64,000 bases of DNA from an uncultured Bacteroidota bacterium (GTDB lineage Bacteria > Bacteroidota > Ignavibacteria > UBA10030 > UBA6906): positions 1,600,001-1,664,000 of the forward strand of contig CAVOYH010000003.1 in assembly GCA_963700635.1 (NCBI GenBank). Direction: 5' to 3'. Under the pieces are notes generated by a model, which was not told the origin of the DNA, did no database searches, and worked only from the letters and a program-made list of their open reading frames with translations. Below, one piece after another: positions 51,013 to 62,629 of this stretch. Position 1 is the stretch's first letter. Each line of letters starts with the position of its first letter. A program made the translations under genes and the position numbers.

Positions 51013-53999
51013 ATGCAACGCAAGCTCTTCGCTGTTCTGTTTGCAGCCGTATTGCTCCCCGCGCTGCTTCTTGCCCAGGATGGCAAGTTGCGCGGGCGGG
51101 TGACGGATAGGGACTCCGGCGAGCCGCTCGTCGGTGCGAACGTGTTCGTGGAAGGCACGAACCTTGGCGCCGCGTGCGACATCAACGGGGACTACATCAT
51201 CCTCAGTGTCCGGCCCGGAGTCTATACGATCCGTGTGTCGTACGTCGGATACAATCAGTTCACGCTTTCCAATGTTCGTATCAGTTCCAGCCTCACCACG
51301 ACGCAGGACCTGAAGCTGACAAGTTCAGCCATTCAGGTGCAGGCGGTCGAGATTGTTGCTGAACGTCCGCTCGTTCAGCGCAACACGACCAACACCGTGC
51401 GTCTGCGACCCAGGAAGATATCGAGAACCTCCCGATCCGCGGCATCCAGAATATCGTCGCTCTGCAGGCCGGTGTGGTTCAGCAGGGTGGCAACCTGTAT
51501 GTTCGCGGCGGTCGTGCAGGCGAAGTCGCCTACTACGTTGATGGCGCCAACGTCACCAACCCGCTTTCCAACTCCGAGGCGGTCTCGATCATTCAGGAAG
51601 CGGTGGAGGAACTCCAGCTGCAGTCCGGCGGGTATACGGCCGAATACGGCGGTTCCTCGTCCGGTATCGTCCGCACGAACGTGCGTACGGGTGGCAGCAC
51701 ATACAAGGCATCCATCGACTATCTGACCGATGATTTTGCGAAACCGGGGAAGCAGTTCCTCGGAACCTCTTCGGTCGGCTACCGCAACATCGTGGCAACT
51801 CTGAGCGGTCCGGTACCAGGTGTGCAGAACATGAACTTCTTCCTCGCCGGGCAGCACAACTACAACCGGAACCGCCAGTTCATCTGGCTTACACCGTTTG
51901 AGTTCGACCTCAAGACGGACATAAACGACTCGCGCGGCGCGGGGAAGGATCTTCCCGGACCGATCGGTTTCAGGGAGAATTATCTCCCGAACAACTGGAT
52001 CTTCACGAACAGCCTTCAGGGAACGCTGCTGTATGAAATGCAGCCGGTGAAGTTCCGGTTCACGGGGAGCTGGTCGTATCAGGAGAACCCGACGCGGGGT
52101 GCCTGGCAGGGAGCACTGGCGAACGTGTTCGCCCAGGGCAGAAGCCCCATCGAGAAGCGCAATAACGCGTTCGGAAGCCTGCGCATGACCCACGTGATCG
52201 ACGCCTCGACCTACTATGAGATCACGGCGTCGTATCTGAGCCGCTCGTACCAGCGGTTCGATCCGGACTTCGGCAACAACTGGACGAAGTTCATGGACAG
52301 CACGGCCAACGCCCAGCTCGGGTACACAGGATTCACCAGCCGGTGGATCGGGCCTCTGGGCTACAGTGTCATCAATGGCTTTGCGCTCAACAACGAATTT
52401 ACTCCCAACAACAGCTACCAGATCAACAAGCAGCAGGAATGGGGCTTTGCCGCAGACCTGACCCGCCAGATGAACAAGAACTGGGAGATGAAAGTTGGCG
52501 GCCGCGTTGATCTCTGGACGATGCGCCTTTTCTCGGTTGGCAACATCTCCAACTACATGACCTACCTCTACGGCACGAGGGGGAACAGCTACCGCACGTT
52601 CACGAGTGAAGCAGCGCGGCGGATTGAGCTGGCGAAAAGCGGTGCCGGAAATATCAACTACTACGGATACAATGTTGACGGTATTCAAACGAACGACGGT
52701 CTGGACGCGCCGCGGAAGCCTGTCTTCCTGAACGGCTATGTTCAGAGCAAGTTCGAGTACCGGGACCTTATTCTCAGCGTCGGTCTCCGCTACGAATACT
52801 TCAATCCGAAGCACAAGTCATTCGCCGATCCGCTCAACCCCGATTTCAATGCGGATCTCGACGTGATCGACGAGTCCACGCAGAAGACAGTAGATGCCTA
52901 CCAGCTTCTGCTCCCCCGTATCAGCTTGTCGTTCCCGGTGACGGATAACACCGTCTTCTACACGCAGTACGGGAACTACGCCCAGATGCCCAGTCTGGAC
53001 AACATCTACGTGGGCAGCACAGTTCTGAGCCGTACAGTCAGCCCGCTCAGCCGGGGCAACGCATACCTGGTCCCCATTGGATTCCTCGTGCGTCCGGAAC
53101 GGACAACCCAGTACGAAATGGGTATCCGGCAGGTGCTGAGCAGCAATTTTGCCTTCACGCTCAGCGGCTTCTACAAGGACATCAAGGACCAGATCCAGGT
53201 CCGCTCGGTCCTCGATGCGAACGGCGTTGAACTGTACAAGGCATACCTGAACGAGGATTTTGGTACCGTGAAGGGTATCGAGTTGACCCTCGAGCTCCGC
53301 AGGACGAATCGTTTTGCGGCGAAAGTGAACTACACGCTTTCGGATGCCCGCGGGACCGGTTCCAGCAGCACGACGGGCTTCGGTGCCCTGGAGCAGAACA
53401 TCGGGCGTGCGACGTCGTACATCAACCCGCTCGATTTCAACCAGACACACCGCGGCTCCATTCTGCTTGACTACCGCTGGGGCATGGACGAAGGCGGACC
53501 GGTATTATCCGGTATCGGTGCCAACGTCCTCTTTACGTTCAACAGCGGCCGTCCGTACACGAAGATTCAAGAGCTGAAGGAGCTCGGACAGTCCGATCCG
53601 TGGACCGTCGGTGTCGAACCGAACAACGATCCGCGGTACAGCTACCCGACGGAACCGGTGAATACGTCCACCACGCCGTTCTTCTTCAACATCGACCTCC
53701 AGGTGAGCAAGATGTTCAAGGTTGGTCCGCTGTCTCTGGAGCTGTATGCGAACGTGCTGAACTTGCTGAACTCGAAGCAGGTCATCATGGTCTACCGGAC
53801 GACTGGCAGCGCGCAGGATGACGGATTCCTGACGAACCCGCTCTCCGCAGGTTATCGCCAGATTCCGAACTATGATGCATTCTATCGCGCCATCAACCTT
53901 GAAAACCGCTGGGCAGCGTACAGTACCGGTCGGCCGGCACTTGGCGACCTGTACGGAACGCCCCGGCAGATCCGTGTTGGATTGAGGGCAGAACTCTGA
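51013..53999 (+). CDS. TonB-dependent receptor with N-terminal carboxypeptidase-regulatory-like domain (frameshift near 51405)
   Basis: Signal peptide, GKLRGRVTD..GEPLVGANV; plug motif VRGGR.GEVAYYVDG; GGYTAEYG; barrel ending PRQIRVGLRAEL. Confidence 0.9.
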
Positions 54000-54094
54000 C
54001 CCTGACCGGTCCGACCGGCCCGCCTTCATGTGCGTGCCGGTGGTAAGGACCCACGGTAGTGTATGTTCAGGCTAACAACAAGGAGTAGCGAACA

Positions 54095-57000
54095 ATGAGA
54101 AAGATGCTGTTCGGAACACTTCCGAGGGTGCTGGTCGTTCTTCTGGGAGTGGCAGTCTCCTTCGCGGTCGCGAAAGAGGACCCTGCCAATCCGCCGAAGA
54201 GTGACAATGCCCTCGCCAAAATTTCCGGTTCACCGCTGGCACGGCCGCTCAACATCAACAACTTCGTTACCTGGATGAAGGCGACCGGACAGGGGAACTG
54301 GACCACCACCAACAAAGACGGTGGCTTTTATCCACGCGGCACCACCTGGGTGATCTACCAGGATGGCTTCGAATACGGTGGAAGAGCTTATGTCGATGCC
54401 GCAAAGACCCAGCCCGCACCGAATCAGGACCTGCGCGTCAATGGTCAGTCGTACAACGTCGGCACGCGTGAAGGGCGTATCATCGGCACAGGCGCAGCTG
54501 CTGTCCGCGCCACCCCGTCCGATGCGGATGTGCGGATGTACCGCATCCGTCGCGACTACCTGCAGATGGGTTCCGACGAGCTCCGTCGGGATGCAGCGGA
54601 AGTCAATGAAATATTGACGGCCGATGTCACCGATGCCCAAATGGCAGCGATCACCGCGCAGTACGCGAAAGACTGGGACGAGTGGCCGATTGCCTACGGC
54701 GCGCCCCATGTCGAGCGCAACGGTGTTCCCGGCTTTCAGAAGCCGCCCGCGTTCAACTACGACAACAATGCCGGTCCGCTCTTCACGACCGACAGTCTGA
54801 TTGCGCGGAAGCTGGACGAGCCCGGCATTGCCGGCGCGGATCCGAATTCCCCCGCCGACCAGGTGATGTGGACGGTATTCAATGACCTCGACCCGGTGGC
54901 GTCCCAGGCGTTGTGGGGATCCGATGGTATGGGTCTTGAATTCCAGTGCACCATCTGGGGGTACAAGCGGGCCGATGCTCTCGGCAACCTGTACTTCAAG
55001 AAGTACCGTATCATCAACAAAGGCGGCGTCGATGTCGGGGGCGGCGCAAAAGGATCGTACTACATCGACAGTCTCTATTTCTGCCAGTGGTCCGATCCTG
55101 ACCTCGGCGGATCGGGAGACGACCTGACGGGATGCGATTCGACGATGAGCATCGGGTTCATCTACAACGGCCAGGCCATTGACTCCGAGTACAAGAAGTT
55201 CGGCATTCCGCCACCCGCGGCTGCCTACGACTTCCTGCAGGGTCCGATCGTCCCGTCACCGGGCGATTCGGCTGTGTTCGACCTGAAGATCCGGCACGGG
55301 TACAAGAACCTTCCGATGACGGGGTTTGCCTACTTCTCGGCAGGCAGCCCGATCAGCGATCCCCCATTCACCTATGAGGGGGCAAAACGCTGGTACCGGA
55401 TGCTGCAGGGATATGTGCCTGACGCTTCCACCGCATCGTTGCGTAAATTCCCCCATCCACCGGGAGTGACGGAGACGTTCTTCCCGCTTTCGGGTGACCC
55501 CGTCACGCAGACAGGGTTTGTGGATGGTCTGGGGACGGATTATTCGCTCGCCCCCGGCGACCGGCGATTGTTGCTCATGTCCGGCCCGGTGACGATGGCC
55601 CCCGGCGATACCCAGGAAGTCGTGGTCGGCGTTGTGGCCGGTCTCGGCTCCGACCGTCTCTCCTCCGTGGCGGTCATGAAGTTCAACGATGAGTTCGTGC
55701 AGAATACCTACAACGCTGTCTTTGCCGTTCCGAAAGCCCCTCCGCAGCCCGACGTAAAGATCGCCGAGCTCGACGAGAAGGTGGTTCTCGAATGGTCTTC
55801 GAACGAGCAGCGTGTGAAGGATATCGAGGAGGTCGTCAGCCAGCCCGGCGACTACATGTTCGAAGGATACAACGTGTATCAGCTGGCCAGCGCAGGCACG
55901 GCGCTCAAGGATGCGAAGCGGATTGCGACGTTTGATCTGCCGAGCGATCCGACGGTGATCCTCGACCGTCAGTTTAACATCGCGACGGGCCTTGTGCTTT
56001 CGGTCCCGATCCAGTTCGGCTCGAACAGCGGCGTGAAGCGGCAGTTCGTGCTGGACAAGGACTATGTCAAGGACGTCAATAAACTGTACAACGGCTCCAC
56101 ATATTTCGTGGCCGTTACTGCCTACGCGTATTCGCACACTGGATTCACGCCGACAGCTCTTGAGTCGTCGCCGATCGTCTACTCCGTCACGCCGCAGGGT
56201 CCGAAACCGGGCACGCGGTACACGTCCTCGTACGGCGACACCGTGAAAGGCGTGGTGCAGGTGGTCGCGGCTGGCGGTTCCACGAGCGAAGGCAACGTGT
56301 TTCCGATCGTCGTTGACCCGACGAAACTCACCGGCCATTCGTACAAAGTCACATTCAAGATGGATGCCGGCGGAAATACGCTGTGGGATCTGACTGACGT
56401 AACAGCCGGCCAGGTGAAACTGGCCAATCAGACCAACCAGAGTGGCGACGAGAACTATACGATCGTTGACGGCATGCTGGTGAAGGTCACCGGCCCCTCG
56501 ACACCCGGAATGAAGGACTAGTCCATCCCGTTCAGGCACGCGTCGTTGGTCTGGGCGAATGCTGTTTGGGGTGCAGAGGGCTTCAACGGGGCGATCGGAA
56601 ATGCGTACGACCAGTGGTTCTCGGGTTCAACCGGTGACCTACGACAAACTCCGAAACGTGCTGCTCAAGTTGGCCGGGACGGATGCGCACGGTGTCGTCA
56701 CCGATCCGAACGATCCTGACTTCTCGTTCGGGTACAGGTACATGCGCGGGGCGACTGCGGCTCCGGCAAAGCCGGAATTTGCGCCGTTTATTATCAACGC
56801 GACGAGCGGATATGCGTTCCAGGAATACGAGAAGAATATGCCGATCGCGGCATACAACGTTGAGACCACGCCTCCCACCCGTCTCATGATGGGATTCCTG
56901 GAGAACAACGCGGCCGGCGGTTTGGTCAACGGGCAGTACTACCCCGGCTTGACAAGGTCTTCCGACGGACAACATCGGCGGTGCGGGTCCGCGGGAGTGG

Positions 57001-57558
57001 CTGCTTCATTTTTGATGTACCGTACAGCGAAACGGTCCTGATCCGTCACTGGCGGTCGACATTCTGAACACCACGCTCCCCGTCATGTGGTTCCTGACCG
57101 TCAATCGCAGAGATGCCGATGCGTACGGCGCGAATGACGAGTTCCTGATTCTTGCGAACCATCTGAACACCACGTCCAACTCCTTCACCTTCACAGCGCC
57201 AGCCACCACCAGTGGCGACCAGACGCTGGCGAAGCAGGATGTGGGCAAGGTGGGTGTGTTCCCGAACCCGTACTATGCATTCAACCCGCAGGAAACGAGC
57301 CGCCAGGCCAAGTTCGTCACGTTTAACAAGCTTCCGGCGAAGGCTACGGTCCGTATCTTCAATCTTGCAGGACAGCTCGTACGCGTGCTCGAGAAAGACG
57401 ATGCCTCCCAGTTCCTGCGTTGGGATCTGCGTAACCGCGACAACTTCCCGGTATCCAGCGGCATGTACATCGTGCATGTCGACATGCCGGACCTTGGCGC
57501 TACCAAGGTGCTGAAGATGGCGGTTATCCAGGAACAGGAAGTGCCAGACGTATTCTAA
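54095..57558 (+). CDS. Large (~1150 aa) secreted protein with T9SS type-A-like C-terminal domain (frameshifts about 56520-57010)
   Basis: Signal peptide; FN3-like FEGYNVY..YFVAVTAY; C-terminus VFPNPY..VRIFNLAGQLVR..WDLRN..SSGMYI..VLKMAVI. Confidence 0.8.
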
Positions 57559-57583
57559 ACGATCACGACGTACAATAGGAGAA

Positions 57584-58642
57584 ATGAGCATGAAAAGCAG
57601 ACTTCTGATGGGAGCTGTGCTGCTCTGTGTGTCGCTGGTTATGGCGTTCGGCACCTCTTTCGCCCAGAACCAGAGGACCGGCACGGCAGCTGCGACGGAG
57701 CTCCTGATCCCAATCGGCGCACGTGACCTTGCACTCGGGGGTTCCACAATTGCGAACTCCACGGGTGTCGAGGCAATCTACTGGAACCCTGCGGGGCTCG
57801 GCCGCGTCGGCCATTCCGCAGAGGCAATGTTCTCAACAATGTCCTATATCGCTGATATCCAGGTGAACTACGGCGCAGTGGCCGCAAAGTTCGGGGAGTT
57901 CGGCGTGATGGGACTCAGCATCAAGTCGCTGGACTTTGGCGACATTCCCCTGACCACCGTGGAAGATCCGGAGGGAACAGGCGGCAGACTGTACAGCCCG
58001 ACGTATGTGACACTGGGCTTGACCTACGGCCGCGCCCTGACGGATGCCATTTCGGCAGGAGCCACCGCGAAGCTGGTCACGGAGACCATTGACCGCGTCT
58101 CCGCCAGTGCCTTTGCGTTCGACGTCGGCCTGCAGTACGACGGCCTCGTGGGCGTGAACGGCCTGCAGCTCGGCATCACGGTCAAGAACATCGGTCCGCA
58201 GGTCAAGTACGACGGCGGCGGGCTGTATCGTTCGGCAATCTCGACGGAGGGCGATCGCCCCGAACAGCGGTATAAGGTCGAAGCGGCAGCATTCGAACTT
58301 CCATCGTTGATCGAGATCGGCGTTGCCTACGCAGGGAAGGTCCAGGACAACATGATGTACTCCGTGAACGGAGTCTTCATGAATAACAATCTGTACGAAG
58401 ACGAGTACCGCGTTGGCGGCGAGTACGGGATCAAGCTGGACCCCGTCCAGCTGTTCGCCCGTGCCGGATACGCCTTTGTTCCCCAGATCAAGGAGACCAA
58501 AGACCAGATCTTCCGCGCGACGCTCGGCTTCGGATTGATGTATGACATCGGCGGTGGAACCATGCTCTCGCTCGATTTCGCCTACCGGCAGGTCGAGCTG
58601 TTCGATGATAACATTGCCATGTCGCTGAAGGTGGGTTTCTGA
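57584..58642 (+). CDS. PorV/PorQ-like (UPF0164) outer-membrane beta-barrel
   Basis: LLIPIGARDLALGG..AIYWNPAGL N-terminal motif; terminal F. Confidence 0.85.
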   Translation: MSMKSRLLMGAVLLCVSLVMAFGTSFAQNQRTGTAAATELLIPIGARDLALGGSTIANSTGVEAIYWNPAGLGRVGHSAEAMFSTMSYIADIQVNYGAVAAKFGEFGVMGLSIKSLDFGDIPLTTVEDPEGTGGRLYSPTYVTLGLTYGRALTDAISAGATAKLVTETIDRVSASAFAFDVGLQYDGLVGVNGLQLGITVKNIGPQVKYDGGGLYRSAISTEGDRPEQRYKVEAAAFELPSLIEIGVAYAGKVQDNMMYSVNGVFMNNNLYEDEYRVGGEYGIKLDPVQLFARAGYAFVPQIKETKDQIFRATLGFGLMYDIGGGTMLSLDFAYRQVELFDDNIAMSLKVGF

Positions 58643-58683
58643 GAATCGCCGCAGGACTCTGCGGACCACCTCATCGTGTACAG

Positions 58684-58717
58684 AGCCGCCCCCTCTCCGA
58701 GGGGGCGGCTTTTTTTT
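58684..58717 (+). terminator. Rho-independent terminator
   Basis: AGCCGCCCCCTC-TCC-GAGGGGGCGGCT followed by T-run. Confidence 0.92.
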
Positions 58718-58746
58718 GATCTCCCGGCTTACTACATTAGTAGACT

Positions 58747-61089
58747 ATGAAAAACCTCATTCTTGTCCTTTCTGTCCTCCTGACCACCGGGCCGGTGCTG
58801 AAGGGTTCTCCGACCCTGACACCGGATACCGGGGCCGTAGCCCTTCACCAGCGTGCCCTCGAGCTGCAGAATCGCCTGAGGGTCATGATGGTATCCCTCC
58901 GGCCGGGCGACGAAGACGTTGGAACGCTGGCCGCCCTTCGCCTGGGGTCGGGTGCCCATGTCTTGACCGTGTTTGTGACAAACGGCGAGGCCGGATTCCC
59001 GGACCATTATGGGGTCCCCCCTCCCACTCTTGCCGCACTGAGGCGCAACGAATCGGCCGCCGCTCTCAGCCGGCTCGAAGCGGACATGCATTTCTTGAAC
59101 ATGGCCGATCCGGGAAATATAGCGGATACGGCGCGCGTGCGGCGACTCTGGGCCGCCGATTCGCTGCGGGAGAAGTTCGCCGCTCTGATGCGCCTGTTCC
59201 GGCCATCGATCGTGATTCTGACACGCGATGCTGATGCCGGAGCGCAGAGTCCGCTGTGGCAATTCACCCGGTCCATCCTGCTCGAAGAGTTTTCCTCCCC
59301 GCCGGTTCGGAAATCCGATGGCCGCAGAGTAACACCTGCAGATCCTGGCGCCTGGCACCCTGAGAGATTCTGGGTGGATGATGGGTCGGGGAAGGGAGTG
59401 AGTATGGGCGTCCCGATGATGCACGCAGCGAGGGGCCGCCGGTACAGGGATATTGTGGCAGACCTTGACACACTGTATGTGGTGCAGCGGATGCAACGGA
59501 ACGCACGGAAAACGCCTCCGGCATACACACTTGCGGGTCAGACGGGGCGTAAGAGGCCGCGGACACTTACGGACGGCATTGTTCCGGGCGTCCCACGAGC
59601 ACTGAGAGGGCTTGAGCGCGTGGTACGGACGTTCGGCGAAGATGTCCAGAACCGGCGTGCCTCCCGCTCAGCCCTTCAGGAACGGATGGTGGCTGTGATG
59701 GATTCAGTGGATCGTGCCATCGGGACTACGGCCGATCGCACGGGGGAGGCGATGCGGGTCCTGATCGATTGGAAAGGGACTCTGGAGCTTCTCCGGAATG
59801 CGCTTCTGGGCGTGACCGTCCGATATACCCTCACAGAGGACATCCTGACCCCCCGACAGATCACATTCGTTCGCATCGATGAAGTGACCGGCCGCGGGGA
59901 AGGGGGGGCAACTGAAGTGTATTTCCCCTCTGTCGAACGAGGGTGGGTATTGAATGAGGGGCTGAAAATACGACTCCCTCTTGAAGTGCCAGCGGAATAC
60001 CGCCTCCTAACCCCGGAGCAGGTCGACTTCGATCTTCCGTGGGAGGAGTACAATCTCCGCCGGCCCGTGCCTGTGCGCCCTGTCATGTTGTTTCTCCTGC
60101 ACCGGGGACGCACACGGAACGAGAGCTTCGTCTACCGTATCCCGCTCCAGATCCGCTACGCGCCGCGATTCACGGCAGAGGTCCTGACGCCAATCGTCCG
60201 GTGTATTCCCGGTGAATTCATCTGCGTCCGCTTGACGAACCATAGCCGGGACGGCGTGCGTGATGTGCTGACCGTTCGGGACTCGCTGGTCAACGCGACA
60301 GGAACTACGTTCAGGTTGAACACCAAAGACGAGTCAATCATTGACACCCTTCGGCTCGCCTGGAGCGACTCTCTTGACGATGGCATGTACCTGTTTCCCA
60401 TTACGATTGCCGGTATAGAGATGGGGCGCTTCGGGGCGCGACGCTTCACCTCGGCCGTCGACACAACCAAACGCGTGGCCCTTCTCACCACGCTCGAAGC
60501 GAGCCCGACAGCGGATGCGTTGCGGAGGCTGGGCCTTTCACGGCTGACGCTTTTTCATGAGCCCGAGCGTGTTGTTGAGAACGCCGGCGCGATCGATGTC
60601 TTGATGCTCGATCGCCGTCTTTCCTTGTTGCTGGGACAGGCGGCGGCAGTCAGAAAGGCCATCTCGGCGGTTTCTGGAAATGGGGGGCACGTGATTATCC
60701 TGGGACAGGATGCCGCCTCGTGGAACAGCGATCCTCTCTGGGACGCGCTGACATTGACGCGTGATCCGTCGCTCGCGCCCGACACCCCTCTCGACCTGGA
60801 TTCACTCCATCCGTTTGTGTCACGGCCGAACGCCGTACGGGAAGATGCCTTCAGAGAATGGGTGTTCGGAGTTGGTACGCATAGAGTTGCGCTCCGTCCT
60901 GCCCAGGGCATGGAGGTTCCCGTCAGGGCCTCCGGAGACCGTCCGCTCGTCGTGACCGCGCCGTTCGGAGAAGGGCAGATCACCTACGTGGATCTCTGGC
61001 TTGAGCCGCAATGGATGAGCATCCATCCGGGCGCATTCAGACTGCTGGCCAATCTTGTCTCCTTTACCCCGGGAGAAGACGGAAAATGA
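58747..61089 (+). CDS. Secreted PIG-L/LmbE-like protein, degenerate active site, C-terminal GATase-like domain
   Basis: SLRPGDED..VTNGEAG..LRRNE..FRPSIVIL N-terminus; PGAFRLLANLVS C-terminus typical of Bacteroidota LmbE proteins. Confidence 0.7.
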   Translation: MKNLILVLSVLLTTGPVLKGSPTLTPDTGAVALHQRALELQNRLRVMMVSLRPGDEDVGTLAALRLGSGAHVLTVFVTNGEAGFPDHYGVPPPTLAALRRNESAAALSRLEADMHFLNMADPGNIADTARVRRLWAADSLREKFAALMRLFRPSIVILTRDADAGAQSPLWQFTRSILLEEFSSPPVRKSDGRRVTPADPGAWHPERFWVDDGSGKGVSMGVPMMHAARGRRYRDIVADLDTLYVVQRMQRNARKTPPAYTLAGQTGRKRPRTLTDGIVPGVPRALRGLERVVRTFGEDVQNRRASRSALQERMVAVMDSVDRAIGTTADRTGEAMRVLIDWKGTLELLRNALLGVTVRYTLTEDILTPRQITFVRIDEVTGRGEGGATEVYFPSVERGWVLNEGLKIRLPLEVPAEYRLLTPEQVDFDLPWEEYNLRRPVPVRPVMLFLLHRGRTRNESFVYRIPLQIRYAPRFTAEVLTPIVRCIPGEFICVRLTNHSRDGVRDVLTVRDSLVNATGTTFRLNTKDESIIDTLRLAWSDSLDDGMYLFPITIAGIEMGRFGARRFTSAVDTTKRVALLTTLEASPTADALRRLGLSRLTLFHEPERVVENAGAIDVLMLDRRLSLLLGQAAAVRKAISAVSGNGGHVIILGQDAASWNSDPLWDALTLTRDPSLAPDTPLDLDSLHPFVSRPNAVREDAFREWVFGVGTHRVALRPAQGMEVPVRASGDRPLVVTAPFGEGQITYVDLWLEPQWMSIHPGAFRLLANLVSFTPGEDGK

Positions 61090-61991
61090 TCCGCCTTGCG
61101 CTGACGCTCAGTGCGCTGTTTCCCCTCCTGATGTCCGGTGTATCGGGCCCTGTACGGCAAGAGCGACCGCCGATTCCCATCACCGGAACTCGCCTCGACG
61201 TGGATGTCAACGGCAACATTTTCGTGCTGGATGCGGACCGCTGTACCGTGACACTGTATGATCGGGAATACCGCCGGTTGACGGTCACCGGCGGCCCGGG
61301 GTGGGAGGCGGGACAGTTTGACCGTCCGGCAGGGATATGGGCACGCAACGGTCTCGACGTGTTCATCGCGGATTTCGGTAATCATCGCATTCAGCGGTTC
61401 GATCGTACGCTCAGCTTCGTCTCCCAGCTGGAAACGCGCGATGCAGATTTGCGTTCGGGGAGTTTTGGGTATCCCACCGACGTTGCGCTATCGCGACAGG
61501 GGACCCTCTATCTCTGCGACTCGGAAAACAATCGCATGGTCCTTGTCGAAGGAGGAAACCGGATAGCCTCGACGTTTGGCGGTATCGGTGCCGGGCATGG
61601 ACGCCTCCGTGAGCCGACGCAGGTCGAGATCGGACCCCACGACTGGGTGTACGTTCTTGATGCGCCGCGCGTGGTGGTGTTCGACAGTTTCGGGAACTAC
61701 CTTGCGACATTACCGGAGGTACCCCCCCTTCGGCCAGCGTTTCTCGTTGCAGATGACCGCGGTGCGCTGGTGCTCGATCAAACGACGCTGGTGTGCTTCG
61801 ATGAGACCCATACGCCACGGCTCATCCGCCCGGTTCAGGATGTTCTCGGGGCCTCGACGGATGAGATCCGGGGGGTCTGCTCGATGGGGGGAATGTTGTA
61901 TGTTCTGACAGAGGCCGGCCTGATCGTGGTACCCGACCCACGGACCGCCGGCCTGCAGGACGCAGTTGAGAAAGAGTCGAAATTTCACTAG
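61086..61991 (+). CDS. NHL-repeat beta-propeller protein
   Basis: GQFDRPAGI..IADFGNHRIQRFD, FGYPTDVA..DSENNR. Confidence 0.85.
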   Translation: MIRLALTLSALFPLLMSGVSGPVRQERPPIPITGTRLDVDVNGNIFVLDADRCTVTLYDREYRRLTVTGGPGWEAGQFDRPAGIWARNGLDVFIADFGNHRIQRFDRTLSFVSQLETRDADLRSGSFGYPTDVALSRQGTLYLCDSENNRMVLVEGGNRIASTFGGIGAGHGRLREPTQVEIGPHDWVYVLDAPRVVVFDSFGNYLATLPEVPPLRPAFLVADDRGALVLDQTTLVCFDETHTPRLIRPVQDVLGASTDEIRGVCSMGGMLYVLTEAGLIVVPDPRTAGLQDAVEKESKFH

Positions 61992-62024
61992 GATGAATGC
62001 ACTCTCGCGAAAGGAACAGGTATC

Positions 62025-62447
62025 ATGGCAAAAAGTCTGAACAAGGTTATGCTGATCGGCAATCTCGGGAAAGATCCGGAGCTGCGCTACACCAGCGGGG
62101 GTTCTCCGGTCGCGACATTTTCTGTTGCCACAAATGAAAGCTGGAAAGACCAGGAAGGTGCGCTCCAGGAGCGGACAGAGTGGCACAATATCGTCGCATG
62201 GTCCAAGCTGGCGGAAATCTGTCAGCAGTACCTCAAGAAAGGGCGGCGTGTCTATATCGAAGGTCGTATCCAGACGAGGAGTTACGACGATAAGAACACC
62301 GGTGCAAAGAAGTATATTACCGAGATCGTTGCCGGGAACATGATCATGCTTGATCCGAAGGAAGCTGGTGAGGGTAGGGAGGCCTTTGTGCCGGGTGATG
62401 CCCCCCCGGCGGGTTCTGAGACGGCCAAGGACGATCTCCCATTCTAG
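62025..62447 (+). CDS. ssb: Single-stranded DNA-binding protein
   Basis: [25 protein letters not shown]-terminus. Confidence 0.97.
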   Translation: MAKSLNKVMLIGNLGKDPELRYTSGGSPVATFSVATNESWKDQEGALQERTEWHNIVAWSKLAEICQQYLKKGRRVYIEGRIQTRSYDDKNTGAKKYITEIVAGNMIMLDPKEAGEGREAFVPGDAPPAGSETAKDDLPF

Positions 62448-62453
62448 GCCTTG

Positions 62454-62578
62454 TTATCCACATTGTTATCCACAGCATTATCCACACCCACCGACATGGT
62501 GAAATGATGGGCGTGTGCATAAGGTGTTGACAAATAACGAATTAGCGGGATGGCTGGAAGACTGTCCAGCTATCCACA
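62454..62578. promoter_or_regulatory. DnaA-box cluster
   Basis: TTATCCACA at 62454, 62466, 62478; inverted TGTGCATAA at 62514; CTATCCACA at 62570. Confidence 0.85.
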
Positions 62579-62629
62579 CCCGGCATCCGATGCTGTTGGC
62601 AAGTGGTGTGGATTACCAGAGGGCATGAG

